NCBI GenBank assembly: GCA_016181885.1
Contig: JACOYJ010000023.1
Location: forward strand, 1-49,318
Source of the DNA: Candidatus Pacearchaeota archaeon
GTDB taxonomy: Archaea > Nanobdellota > Nanobdellia > Pacearchaeales > GW2011-AR1
Direction of reading: 5' to 3'
Length of the DNA: 49,318 nucleotides
Position 1 is the stretch's first letter. Each line of letters begins with the position of its first letter. A program made the translations under genes and the position numbers. The notes beneath the pieces were generated by a model. That model ran no database searches. It saw only the letters and a list, made by a program, of their open reading frames with translations, and was not told the origin of the DNA. Positions 9,861-19,305 of the stretch are shown piece after piece.

Positions 9861-10416
9861 GATCAGGGAGTCCTAAATATCTGAGGGGCAATCTTTCAAA
9901 AAAGAATTTACATCCAACGAATTCTATATAGTCAAGAGTGTCTTTGTATTGCTTTTGCATAAACCATTTACTAAGAATGTAACAATATTCGACTTTTATT
10001 CCAGTTCCAGAAAGTAGCTTCTGGTATGTTTTCTTTTTAAAATCACATGTTTGCAACTTTTCGTCAACAGATCCACCAACTTTTTGAAATTTCATCTCTA
10101 TGATGAAGAGAGTGTTGTTTGTTAGAACCAAAATAGCTTCATCTGGCAACCACCTTTTAGAAATCTTATCCTCCCATCTTATATTATACTTCAGTAGTAG
10201 TTTGTTGTATAGTTCATATTTTCCATAAAAACTAGCAATAATTCTTCCTCTGTAAAATAAATCATCTCCTTTAACTCCATAGTCTTTGATTTGTTCAAAT
10301 TTTTGTTTTAGATCAGCCTTTCTCTCAAAATTTAGTCCAGTTAAGGTTCTTGCCCCACCTTTTCCGCCTTCAATCATAATCTCATTTAGAAACTTGACCT
10401 TTTTAAAGAGATCCAT
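9847..10416 (-). CDS. Candidate type II restriction endonuclease (PD-(D/E)XK)
   Basis: The gene is convergent with the methyltransferase and overlaps it by 14 nt. LPDEAILVLTNNTLFIIEMKF gives a PD...ExK arrangement. Confidence 0.45.
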   Translation of the reverse strand: MDLFKKVKFLNEIMIEGGKGGARTLTGLNFERKADLKQKFEQIKDYGVKGDDLFYRGRIIASFYGKYELYNKLLLKYNIRWEDKISKRWLPDEAILVLTNNTLFIIEMKFQKVGGSVDEKLQTCDFKKKTYQKLLSGTGIKVEYCYILSKWFMQKQYKDTLDYIEFVGCKFFFERLPLRYLGLPDPNSP

Positions 10417-10539
10417 CTTGGTTATTATCTCCCGGCTTCTTTTAAACTCCCTAAATTCAGTTTTGGGATTTAATTTTCTCCAAGAAGTCTTTTTATATAA
10501 CTCATCTCATTTTGAAGATTTTTTGGCTCATCTTTCCAA

Positions 10540-10788
10540 TCACTGCTCATCTTTGTGATAAATATCTAAGATATAGATCAAATTTTTATCCTTAAAAAAT
10601 TCATATGAAAGTCTGTATGGCTTAACATATAATTCTCGAGTTCCCTTTCTTACATTTCTCATCGGCTTTCCAACCTCGGGATTAATCTTAATTTTTTCAA
10701 TTTGTTTTATAATCCTCTCTTTTAATGAGTTATCTTTAATCTTAGAAAAGATATTTTTGAATTTGTCAATAAAGATAACTTCTACCAT
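10540..10788 (-). CDS. relE: RelE/ParE-family toxin
   Basis: 82 aa. GTRELYVKPYRLSYEFFKDKNLIYILDIYHKDE matches the RelE C-terminal pattern. Overlaps the upstream antitoxin gene by 7 nt. Confidence 0.65.
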   Translation of the reverse strand: MVEVIFIDKFKNIFSKIKDNSLKERIIKQIEKIKINPEVGKPMRNVRKGTRELYVKPYRLSYEFFKDKNLIYILDIYHKDEQ

Positions 10789-11048
10789 TTTTTCATTTCT
10801 TTTATGAAATCATCAAAATTCATTCTAGTGCCTTCGCCGGCCTCAATTCTTTTATAGGCTTCTTCAGTTCTTCTTGCGAATTCAAGGTCTTCTTTAAGCT
10901 GCTTACTCACTTTATCAGCTTTTTTAAGTATTATATGGTCTTTGTTTCTAATTATTACAAGCTTATCCCCTTCCTTCAGGCCTTTTCTCATCCCTGCTGG
11001 AATAACTATCTGACCTTTAGAGCTTAGTTTTGTTATATCAAATTCCAT
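10782..11048 (-). CDS. AbrB/SpoVT-domain antitoxin
   Basis: SSKGQIVIPAGMRKGLKEGDKLVI is an AbrB swapped-hairpin motif. The gene sits upstream of the RelE-like toxin. Confidence 0.65.
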   Translation of the reverse strand: MEFDITKLSSKGQIVIPAGMRKGLKEGDKLVIIRNKDHIILKKADKVSKQLKEDLEFARRTEEAYKRIEAGEGTRMNFDDFIKEMKKW

Positions 11049-11275
11049 AGTAAGACATATCTTACCTACTATATAAATGTTTTTGTTTTTTTAGCGCTCA
11101 CTCACAGGGCTCGTTCGCGAGATTGATGCATTTAGAAATCGCCTTTGGCAGATTTCTTCCTTGATAAAAGATATTAATGCTGAGGATTATTTTTTGATTA
11201 TTGGATAGAGCAAAAGTGGGTTCAAGATATTGTAAAATGAATATCGCGGAGCGAGAAATTTTAAAGTGAGCGATT

Positions 11276-11917
11276 TCACCCAAAAAATAAAATTCCAAAT
11301 CCGATTGCCGCCAAGATTAATAAGAGGAGAATCCATGGCGCGACTGGCGTCTGTTTTTCTTTGTCTTCAATAATTCTATTAATCTCGTATTGGATGTAGA
11401 GAGAGCCAAAGATAATTGTGAATAATAGGGAAATGTTTTTTTCTCCCTTATTTTTTAAAGCTTCGTTGATTATGCCTCTAGATTTTATCCCAAGGGCAAT
11501 TGATGAGAGTGTTGAAATAACAAAGAAGATTATCACCAACATTAATGTAATTATCTGGGCTGTTGTAACGTTTTGGCTGAAGCTTCCAGGATTTTCCGAA
11601 ATTGTGAACGGCAGGATGATTATTGATAAGATGAAAAGAACCTGCATTGCAAGATAAAATGCGGCGAGGTTTTTGCCAAGCTTTTTTTCTGTGCCGAGAT
11701 TTACAAATTCCCGCGATCTTCGCATATACCAAAAAGCAGGGTAAATCCAAAGGGTAACCAGCGAAATAATTCCCAAGACAAAAACGCTGTTTTTTTGCGG
11801 AACTTTTTCAATGTCTATCGACGGCAGGTAGGCCGGAGTGCTTAATGATTTAAATTCTGGCTTTTTTCTCTCAAATAATTGCGGGAGATTTCCCATTTTA
11901 TCACCTCTAAACATCAA
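11276..11917 (-). CDS. Hypothetical multi-pass membrane protein
   Basis: Four to five hydrophobic segments. No catalytic motif recognised. Confidence 0.35.
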   Translation of the reverse strand: MMFRGDKMGNLPQLFERKKPEFKSLSTPAYLPSIDIEKVPQKNSVFVLGIISLVTLWIYPAFWYMRRSREFVNLGTEKKLGKNLAAFYLAMQVLFILSIIILPFTISENPGSFSQNVTTAQIITLMLVIIFFVISTLSSIALGIKSRGIINEALKNKGEKNISLLFTIIFGSLYIQYEINRIIEDKEKQTPVAPWILLLLILAAIGFGILFFG

Positions 11918-12464
11918 ATCTTTTCAGCGCCTTCATTCTTTTTTCACCGAATTTTTCGAAATAAAGAATGCTATTAAGTTCTATTTTTGCTTTTCTTGTT
12001 TTTGGTTTCTCGAATTCGTATCCTATCGGGAATACTGCTTCTACAGAAATGTCATCAGAAATACTCAGAGTTTCCTTAACAATTTTTTCAACAAAATGTG
12101 ATATCCAGCATGTTGAGAGCCCTTTTTCAGTTAGTTTTAGCATAAAGTTCTGAATTGCAGCCCCTGCCTGGTGTTTAATCCAGTTTTCTGCCTGAGGGCC
12201 GTAAGCCAAAATTGGTCTTTCGCGGATAGAACATACTACAATAATATATTTTGCTGTTCCGACAAAAGCCTGTTGTGTTGCCGCCGCAATTTTTTTTATT
12301 TTATCTGCCTCTGAAACGAGGATAAATCTTGGAGTGTAATTATTGCCGGCCATCGGTGTAAACCTGGCAGAATCGATGGCTTCTAAAATGTCGCGCCAGT
12401 CTGGAGACCGCATTTTGAATTTTCTTACACTTCTTCTTGCTCTCAAGACGTGGTCTAATTCCAT
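11907..12464 (-). CDS. Nitroreductase-family protein
   Basis: N-terminal LRARRSVRKF, PMAGNNYTPRFILV, and an overall length of about 185 aa, typical of FMN nitroreductases. Confidence 0.75.
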   Translation of the reverse strand: MELDHVLRARRSVRKFKMRSPDWRDILEAIDSARFTPMAGNNYTPRFILVSEADKIKKIAAATQQAFVGTAKYIIVVCSIRERPILAYGPQAENWIKHQAGAAIQNFMLKLTEKGLSTCWISHFVEKIVKETLSISDDISVEAVFPIGYEFEKPKTRKAKIELNSILYFEKFGEKRMKALKRFDV

Positions 12465-12636
12465 GATTTATAGAGTAAAGAGGATTATAAAAAGGTTTTT
12501 GATTGTCATAACTTCCATAGGAGGCATTGAAAGGAAGTTGTGTCAGGGATAAAAAACCGTAGGTTTTTGAGGTTTGTTTTATCAGTGTTATGCAATATTT
12601 ATATATGGCTTGGATTTTATAACAATTGTTAAGAAA

Positions 12637-15456
12637 ATGCTCCTGGAAGAGATCATTAAAGACATTAAAGAGATTTCTGCAGACAAAGAAAATGATGTTT
12701 ACATAAATCCGCCGATAGAGATTGAAGGTGTTTCGCGGCAGAATATTCTTAAAATTGTCCGCACTTCTGCAAAAGTTCAGGCAGTTGAAGAAGATATCTC
12801 ATGCCTGTCAAATAGGGGGGCTGTCCCAGGTTCAAGGCATGCTGATTTAATCCTGCAAGCAGAGAAGTTTGGTTTTAGCGGGCAAAGGATGGATGCTATT
12901 AGGAATTTTAAAGACTATCTTCCATTTTTTATCACCTCTCTTGGGCCGCATGTTTCGAATGTTACTGATGCCTTTTTTGCTTCTGAATATTTGAAGCAGA
13001 GGAAATCTCTTCGTCCATTGGATGTTTTTTTCTCGTATTACAGGACATCTACAGGAATAACTCTTGGACTGGGAGAGTTTTCTCCTTTGGCTAAAGGCGT
13101 TGATGTTGTAAGTGAAATGTTTAAGACTGCTTTAGGTTCTAAAGATGCATGCTCTAAGGTTATGCCGGAGCATCTTTCTTTTCCAAGAATAGGATTGATG
13201 ACTGAGACTTCTGTTATCGGAGCGTATTGCGGCGAAGCTGCTGGCATGGCTATGGCTTTAAGCCCGTGGCTGTACTCAAAAGATATGCCTTACGAAAAAG
13301 GCACTGTTGTTCACACGCTTCTTGGCGATTCCGGGGTTAATGAACCTTCTTTTAGAATGGCGTATGGAATGGTGGAGAATTTTCTTTATCTTATGGCCAG
13401 AGAATCTTTGGATTTAAAAACTGATGATATTGATGAAGCGAGAAAGAATGTTAAGAAACAAAAAGAAATATACTCAAGATTGAACCAGGAAAACAAAGTA
13501 AGACTGGCCGCGCATATTTTTGATAATGGGGTTGGAATTTCGTGCAAGTCTGATATTGTTCATCCGTTTGCAGACCCGCTTTCTTCTTTGAGGAGGCTGG
13601 AGGATCTGGGATTGATAAATATTTATGAGTATAGCGGTTTAGATTTTTTTGAAGTTCTTAAATATGGACGAATTATAAGCGAGGAATCTAGAAAAGGGCT
13701 TGTTGCAGCGCATGTTAAAGTTCCAAGGCCCGGCGGACATTCCATGAGCAACTTTTACGGACTTGGCAAAATTCAAGGAAGAAAAAACTCTCCCATAGGG
13801 AGCTTGAGTTTAGAAGAGGTAATGTTTGACAATAACAATGATCCTTTGTTTAATGCCGTATCAGCTTTAATTAAGAATAAATATTTAACGTCTCAAGATG
13901 CGCGGGAAATGCTTTTAGCTGAACAGAAATCTGTTTTAGAGGTTCTTGCCGACGAGATTGCGGGGTATAAGCATAAGACAGTTGTTGATCTGAATCCCGT
14001 TACCGCCAGTCATCTGAAAGATAATAAGGACAGATGGAATTTTTTTATAAAAAATTCTCCTTTAGAAATGAGGGAGAAATTATGGAAGGGCGGCGATAAT
14101 GAGCAGGGGCATCTCGAAATAATCTCAGGAGTTCCAGGATTAGGGATTGGGTTAAAGAAAACCGATGATGTTTATCTGCCAGAGCATCTCGAATCAATCA
14201 CGCCCCTACAAGCTGAAAATATGTCTTTGGCAGATATTATGATGCTTTCTAATGGGAATCTTTATTGCATCGGCGAGGATATTCCAGATGCCAGCCCGTT
14301 CGATTTTGAGAGAGTATATCAACATCCAAGATCAGGAACTGGCGGAATTGATCATGCTACTGCGAGGTTGCAAGTTCTTGCAGATAAAATAAATCCAGGC
14401 GGGAAGAGGAGAATTACAGACATAGGAATAAATGAGGCTGGAATTTATGATTTAGGCGCCGGAATAAAACATGCAATAGAGGATAAAGGAGTTGTTTTGG
14501 CAGAGATTCAATTTAATGACTATAATTTTCCTTTGTTTGCCCTGGAACAAATTTCTTCACTTTATCAACGCAGCAATGGAAATGAAAATATTCCAATAAT
14601 AATTCGTCATTCTGCGGGATTTATGAGAACCGGGAATATCGAAGAATTTTTTGAAAGGGGCGGGGCAGCGGGGATGTACCATTCTGCGTGCACTGCTGCA
14701 AGTCTGGCAGGGGCTTATCCTGGGTTAAGCGTTGTTATGCCGAATACTTCCAGGGCTGTTCAGATGGCTTACAGAAATGCCGTGGCCAGTCAAACTCCGA
14801 CGCTGATTTTGATGACATCTCCTGTAATGCATAAACTTCCGCTTGGTTCTTTTAATTATTCTGATAAGTATGCTCCATTGGATGAGTTAGATCCAGTTCA
14901 TACAGCTTATGTTCATAGAGTTAAGGATGAAAAAGGAGTTGGCTTTCCAGTAGGCGCTCACGACCATATTATTTTAACTTATGGAGAGTATGTTCCATTA
15001 AGCTATATGGTTGCAGAGAATTTATTTATGAATAAAGGAGTAAAAACTTTAGTCGTGGATTATAATTCAATTGTGCCCAGGGATAAATCTTTAATAAGGA
15101 AAATTATGCGGGAATATCATTCATTCAGCAAAAAACCCAAATTTTCTATAGTGTCTCAAGAGGCAGATTTCGGTTTTTCGGGAGTTATTCTGCAAGATTT
15201 AGTTTCCGTAGTAGTTGATGGCGTTAGAGAAAATGACCTTACGCTGCTTACCAAGGCTGCAAGGAAGAGCGGCTGGTTAGAGGAGCATCTAATCAATCCA
15301 ACACCAAAAGAAATTTATTTTAGCATTCTTAGCCAACATTCTGATAAAAATACTATGAGCGAGGATATTTTGCTTTATACCTTGGGGAGACAAAGACAAA
15401 CAGAAAGAATGAGAGATTTTACATCTTCATTTCAGGATAAGTATATATTGAGATAA
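12637..15456 (+). CDS. Divergent thiamine-diphosphate-dependent 2-oxoacid dehydrogenase E1-like protein, alpha/beta fusion
   Basis: An alpha-like TPP motif, GDSGVNEPSFRMAYGMVEN...HIFDNGVGIS, is interrupted by a charged insert. The beta-like pyrimidine-binding part reads INEAGIYDLGAGIKHA...LAEIQFNDYNFPLFALEQI. The ATG at 12637 is preferred over the TTG at 12574. Confidence 0.5.
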   Translation: MLLEEIIKDIKEISADKENDVYINPPIEIEGVSRQNILKIVRTSAKVQAVEEDISCLSNRGAVPGSRHADLILQAEKFGFSGQRMDAIRNFKDYLPFFITSLGPHVSNVTDAFFASEYLKQRKSLRPLDVFFSYYRTSTGITLGLGEFSPLAKGVDVVSEMFKTALGSKDACSKVMPEHLSFPRIGLMTETSVIGAYCGEAAGMAMALSPWLYSKDMPYEKGTVVHTLLGDSGVNEPSFRMAYGMVENFLYLMARESLDLKTDDIDEARKNVKKQKEIYSRLNQENKVRLAAHIFDNGVGISCKSDIVHPFADPLSSLRRLEDLGLINIYEYSGLDFFEVLKYGRIISEESRKGLVAAHVKVPRPGGHSMSNFYGLGKIQGRKNSPIGSLSLEEVMFDNNNDPLFNAVSALIKNKYLTSQDAREMLLAEQKSVLEVLADEIAGYKHKTVVDLNPVTASHLKDNKDRWNFFIKNSPLEMREKLWKGGDNEQGHLEIISGVPGLGIGLKKTDDVYLPEHLESITPLQAENMSLADIMMLSNGNLYCIGEDIPDASPFDFERVYQHPRSGTGGIDHATARLQVLADKINPGGKRRITDIGINEAGIYDLGAGIKHAIEDKGVVLAEIQFNDYNFPLFALEQISSLYQRSNGNENIPIIIRHSAGFMRTGNIEEFFERGGAAGMYHSACTAASLAGAYPGLSVVMPNTSRAVQMAYRNAVASQTPTLILMTSPVMHKLPLGSFNYSDKYAPLDELDPVHTAYVHRVKDEKGVGFPVGAHDHIILTYGEYVPLSYMVAENLFMNKGVKTLVVDYNSIVPRDKSLIRKIMREYHSFSKKPKFSIVSQEADFGFSGVILQDLVSVVVDGVRENDLTLLTKAARKSGWLEEHLINPTPKEIYFSILSQHSDKNTMSEDILLYTLGRQRQTERMRDFTSSFQDKYILR

Positions 15457-15540
15457 TCTTTAACATTGTTACTAGTCGCTTATTTTCATTAAGCGAGATT
15501 TTAGTAAGCTTTAAAAGGAATTTTATTTTATGATGTTTAT

Positions 15541-15644
15541 GCCCAGGTAGCTCAGTCGGTAGAGCACACGGCTGTTACCTGTAAGGGAATTAAATTCTCT
15601 AAGCAGAAACCGTGGGGTCGCAGGTTCAAGTCCTGCCTTGGGCG
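15541..15644 (+). tRNA. tRNA-Asn (GUU) with a 31-nt canonical intron (15578-15608)
   Basis: Acceptor GCCCAGG/CTTGGGC, D arm GCTC-AGTCGGTA-GAGC, anticodon stem CACGG/CCGTG, loop CUGUUA+A, T arm GCAGG-TTCAAGT-CCTGC. The bulge-helix-bulge has helix CTGT:GCAG flanked by 3-nt bulges TAC and AAA. Confidence 0.85.
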
Positions 15645-15661
15645 TTTTACGAAGTAAAACG
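15643..15661 (+). other. Perfect 8-bp hairpin abutting the tRNA-Asn 3' end
   Basis: CGTTTTAC-GAA-GTAAAACG. A T-run follows at about 15686-15700. Possible processing or termination signal. Confidence 0.3.
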
Positions 15662-15716
15662 GACTTGCAAAATCCGTGAATTTTAGCTTGGACGTTTTTA
15701 TTTCTTGATCTAAATC

Positions 15717-16424
15717 TTATTTTGCTCTTTTCCAAAGCAACTCAAAATGTTTTTTATAAGAGTTAGATAGCTCTCGACTCTTTATGATTATAATAACAGG
15801 TATAAGGGTATAAATCATTGAGGCGACACGATCGCCATAAATTAATGTTGTAGATGGGCTTGCAAACTCTGTTGGGATTTTTTTAAAAGACGTTAATTCA
15901 GTTTTTAAAGGAGATTCTTGTTCCACATATAACATTTTTCCCTTAATATTATTTTTCTTACGAAGCAACAAATAACGATCAACAACATAGTCAGGAAGGT
16001 AATTTCTAACTTTGTCCGAACCTCCCCAACCTACAAAATTTTGACCAACTTTGATTATATCATTCATTAACGTTTTGAAACCTTCAACTCCTTCATAGAC
16101 TTCTACCAAAGGCATTTCTTTTTTTGATTGATAAATATTAAGTAAAGAATCTAAATTATTCAATATTCTCTCTTTCTTTTCATCCATATAATCAACAATT
16201 TTTTCAGGGTCAGAAGGAATATAATGTGTTTTATTATTTTTGTTGATAAAGCTTATCAGCTCTTTTTTTCTTAATTTATTTAAGTAATCGTAAACATTTG
16301 GTCTTGCTATTTTTGTATGCTTTGCGATTTGTGAAGCCGTAGCTTCTCCTATTTTTAGAAGAATAAGGTAAATTTCAGCTTCACCTCTGCTTAATCCCGC
16401 CTCCTCGAGTATTTTTGAATCCAT
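15717..16424 (-). CDS. TrmB-family transcriptional regulator
   Basis: N-terminal wHTH LSRGEAEIYLILLKIGEATASQIAKHTKIARPNVYDYLNKLRKKELI, followed by a C-terminal effector-like domain. Confidence 0.7.
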   Translation of the reverse strand: MDSKILEEAGLSRGEAEIYLILLKIGEATASQIAKHTKIARPNVYDYLNKLRKKELISFINKNNKTHYIPSDPEKIVDYMDEKKERILNNLDSLLNIYQSKKEMPLVEVYEGVEGFKTLMNDIIKVGQNFVGWGGSDKVRNYLPDYVVDRYLLLRKKNNIKGKMLYVEQESPLKTELTSFKKIPTEFASPSTTLIYGDRVASMIYTLIPVIIIIKSRELSNSYKKHFELLWKRAK

Positions 16425-16510
16425 GAATAGAAGCAGTATTACCTCTTTTTAAATTTAGTGTATATTTTAATACAACATAAAATTTTAAAGAGGCAGAATT
16501 GAGATTTTTT

Positions 16511-17188
16511 ATGAAATTAGAAGATATTGAAATGTTAGTAAATGCAGGAGAAAATGATAGCTTTAGCTCTTGGGTTTCAGCCAAATCCTACAGAACTGTC
16601 CTAGAGGAAGTTAGACAAAATTGTCCTCCCGGGAGACATATTATGACATTAGGAGACTACATTGATCTATGGAGAGAAACAGTTCAAGGCGGAAGCAGAG
16701 CATGTAACGAGGCAGATGTCTGGGCAAGGTTTGAGCAAGATAGAAAGGACGATAATCCTATGTCATACGTTAGACATCCATTTCTATCGACCGTTCTAGT
16801 AGATACTCATTTAAGAAATTTTTCTTTAAGAGAGGATCCAGTATGGGACCGACCTAAATACTATGAAGCTGAACTTGTTGAAGGAGCACAATCTCAAGGG
16901 AAAGTTTATGTTCCACCAACTGGGAAAATTTATGGAGTTAACCAATGGGGTTTGCCAAATAAAACAGGAGGAAAGAAGACTAAAGAAAGTGAAGATTTTG
17001 AACATCGCTGGTGGTCATTTTCTTCCGACCAAATTAGGGATACTAAAGACGGGATAAATCCAAATTTTGAAATGGCTTTGTTTGGAAATGGGGGAACTAT
17101 AGGATGTTTCTGTGAGCTAATAAAAGCACATTATTCTTTAGATGACGCAGGGGGGTTCTACAGAATATTAACTTTGCCAAGTGAATAA
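16511..17188 (+). CDS. Hypothetical protein
   Basis: Long ORF with protein-like composition that looks more G+C-rich than its neighbours. No motif recognised. Confidence 0.4.
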   Translation: MKLEDIEMLVNAGENDSFSSWVSAKSYRTVLEEVRQNCPPGRHIMTLGDYIDLWRETVQGGSRACNEADVWARFEQDRKDDNPMSYVRHPFLSTVLVDTHLRNFSLREDPVWDRPKYYEAELVEGAQSQGKVYVPPTGKIYGVNQWGLPNKTGGKKTKESEDFEHRWWSFSSDQIRDTKDGINPNFEMALFGNGGTIGCFCELIKAHYSLDDAGGFYRILTLPSE

Positions 17189-17206
17189 TCCTTTTCAAAT
17201 TCTAAA

Positions 17207-17830
17207 ATGAAAGAAATGTTAAAAGCGTTATTAGCTTCTGGAACTGTTTTGCTATCAAATACTACCCCAACAAACGCTGATTCGTTTAAGTGAAACGTCC
17301 AATACGTGCACTCTGATAACTCTCTTATTAGACACAATCTTCGTTACAATCTTCCTTTAGGTATCAAAGGCTCTAGTTATATTGAGCTGTATCCAGAAAA
17401 CGGCTATTATGGGAAAACAAGTTTAGAAAAAGAGCTTGTCAGAGTGGTCAGCTTCAAATTACAAGCAAAACATCCTAATACCCTTCTTTATAGCGTTGGT
17501 TTAGGTGTCAGTGGTCAAGTTTCAACTCCAAACGGGACTTCTCTTAAATTAAGCATTATGCCTGTATGGATAGATAAAAATGGGAAACAAAATAATCGAT
17601 CATACTTATCATATTACTCTAGATTTAAATTTCCATTAAGGTTCAAGATCGACTCGTTTGGTGAATGGAATATAGCAAGTGAAAACGGAATAAATTGGAC
17701 TTATGGAGAATTATTCCTAAATAAAAGTATCAGTAAAAGTATTGATGTTGGCTATAACCCTCGTCTTGTAAGTGATGGAGATGCCATGCCAATGGTAGAA
17801 CAGGGAGTTGGTTTTAGAGTAAATTTTTAA
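17207..17830 (+). pseudogene. Secreted hypothetical protein interrupted by an in-frame TGA after the signal peptide
   Basis: The ATG at 17207 encodes MKEMLKALLASGTVLLSNTTPTNADSFK, then TGA (17291-17293). The same frame continues into the 174-aa ORF. The C-terminus ends ...GVGFRVNF. Confidence 0.35.
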
Positions 17831-17965
17831 CTTTTCTTGAAGTTCATTTATGTTTTCCCGAGCTTCTTTCTTTTATCGATCTGTAAACTGTTTTTATAGA
17901 GTATATAATCCAGTCTAAAATTCTCATTCAAAAACCTTTTTAATTCTTTTAAGGCTCTATATCTT

Positions 17966-19261
17966 ATGAAAAAACAAAAAGTTCTTGTTGCGATGTCTGG
18001 TGGAGTTGATTCTTCAGTCGCAGCTCTCCTCATGAAAAAGCAAGGATACGAAGTTATAGGGGCTTTCATGAAGAATTGGAGCGATACAAAAAACGACTTT
18101 GGCGAGTGTACATGGAGGGGTGAGAGGAGAATGGCGTTAAGAGTTGCAGCCATGCTTAAGATTCCTCTGATAACTCTTGATTTTGAAAAAGAATACAGAA
18201 AATTAGTTGTTGAAGAAATGTATAAAAAATATAGGCAAGGAATAACTCCAAATCCAGATATTGACTGCAATGATAAGGTTAAATTTCCATTGTTGATTAG
18301 GGCAATGAGAAAATTAAAATGTGATTTTTTAGTTACAGGGCATTATGCAAGGATAAAAAAGAGTGTAATAAGAAATAAACTTGATAATAAGAATAACAGC
18401 AAAGTTAATAATAAATATGCGAATGTTAATGAGTCTATTTCTGGATTTGATGGCAGCAACAAATATACTTACAAACTTTTAAGGGCAAAAGATGAAATGA
18501 AGGACCAGTCTTATTTTCTTTATAAGTTGAAACAGAAAGAGCTTGCTTGCGTGCAATTTCCCATTGGAGAATACAAAAAAGAAGAAGTTAGGGAAATTGC
18601 CAGAAGAAACAAATTCCCAAATTACAAAAAGAAATCAACCGTGGGGATTTGTTTTATAGGAAAAGTGAATTTGAAAAAATTCCTGCAGAAAAAAATAAAA
18701 CCGAGACCAGGAATAATTATTGATCCACTGGGAAATGTGATTGGAGAACACGATGGAATTTTTTATTATACTATTGGGCAGAGGATTGGACCGAGATTTG
18801 GAATAGAAGTGGCAAAAAATGAAAAGCAACAGAAAAAATGGTATATTGCAAGGAAAAATGCCAAGAAAAATGTTCTTGTTGCTGCGCCGGAAGGACATGA
18901 ATTAAATTTTAGGGAGGAGATATATGCTAATGACATTCACTGGATAAGCAAGGGTTTAGTTAATGAACTAAAAAACAATATAAAAAATGTTAATAACTCA
19001 AAAAGTCGTTTGTTAATATCTAATGGTAAATATGCGAGCGTTAGCGAGCCTATCTCTGAATGGGCGAGGGGGAATAAACCTGTTAAAGTTTTTTCAAGAA
19101 TAAGACAGGTTGGAGAGTTATTGTCTTCAATTATCTCTTTTAAAAATAATAAAATAAAAGTAACTTTAAGGAAACCAATTACGGGGGTTTCAGAAGGGCA
19201 GGCGATAGTTTTGTATAGGGGAAAAGAGGTTTTAGGTGGCGGGGTTATTGGGTTTTCCTAA
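17966..19261 (+). CDS. mnmA: tRNA 2-thiouridylase MnmA, with N/K-rich insertions
   Basis: PP-loop VLVAMSGGVDSSVAA, NPDIDCN, LVTGHYAR, DQSYFL. Two low-complexity Asn/Lys-rich inserts make it longer than a typical MnmA. Confidence 0.85.
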   Translation: MKKQKVLVAMSGGVDSSVAALLMKKQGYEVIGAFMKNWSDTKNDFGECTWRGERRMALRVAAMLKIPLITLDFEKEYRKLVVEEMYKKYRQGITPNPDIDCNDKVKFPLLIRAMRKLKCDFLVTGHYARIKKSVIRNKLDNKNNSKVNNKYANVNESISGFDGSNKYTYKLLRAKDEMKDQSYFLYKLKQKELACVQFPIGEYKKEEVREIARRNKFPNYKKKSTVGICFIGKVNLKKFLQKKIKPRPGIIIDPLGNVIGEHDGIFYYTIGQRIGPRFGIEVAKNEKQQKKWYIARKNAKKNVLVAAPEGHELNFREEIYANDIHWISKGLVNELKNNIKNVNNSKSRLLISNGKYASVSEPISEWARGNKPVKVFSRIRQVGELLSSIISFKNNKIKVTLRKPITGVSEGQAIVLYRGKEVLGGGVIGFS

Positions 19262-19305
19262 TATTCCTTCCCACCCTCCTAACCAAGATTTAGTCGCTCC
19301 ACTTC

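Noticed and set aside
11098-11298. A 66-aa minus-strand ORF and G+C-richer patches (GCTCGTTCGCGAG, GCGGAGCGAG, GTGAGCG) between the AbrB antitoxin and the membrane-protein gene.
   Set aside because: The ORF has no motif and poor composition. The CG-rich words resemble the TCGCGA-containing motifs noted elsewhere, but here they are not exact repeats, so nothing specific can be claimed.
12510-12539. A 7-bp inverted repeat (AACTTCC...GGAAGTT) upstream of the ThDP-enzyme gene, considered as a TPP riboswitch.
   Set aside because: The conserved TPP-riboswitch elements (CUGAGA and the pyrimidine-sensor helix sequence) are absent. It is most likely an ordinary hairpin.
15523-15735. A 70-aa minus-strand ORF.
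   Set aside because: It lies exactly over the tRNA-Asn gene and its flanks. The tRNA cloverleaf explains the sequence.
17291-17293. TGA recoding (for example TGA read as Gly or Trp) as a genome-wide explanation for the in-frame TGA.
   Set aside because: Many well-supported genes here terminate at TGA with sensible lengths and overlapping ATGA junctions (2112-2115, 39897-39900, 42508-42511, 19990-19993). All long conserved proteins are intact under the standard code.
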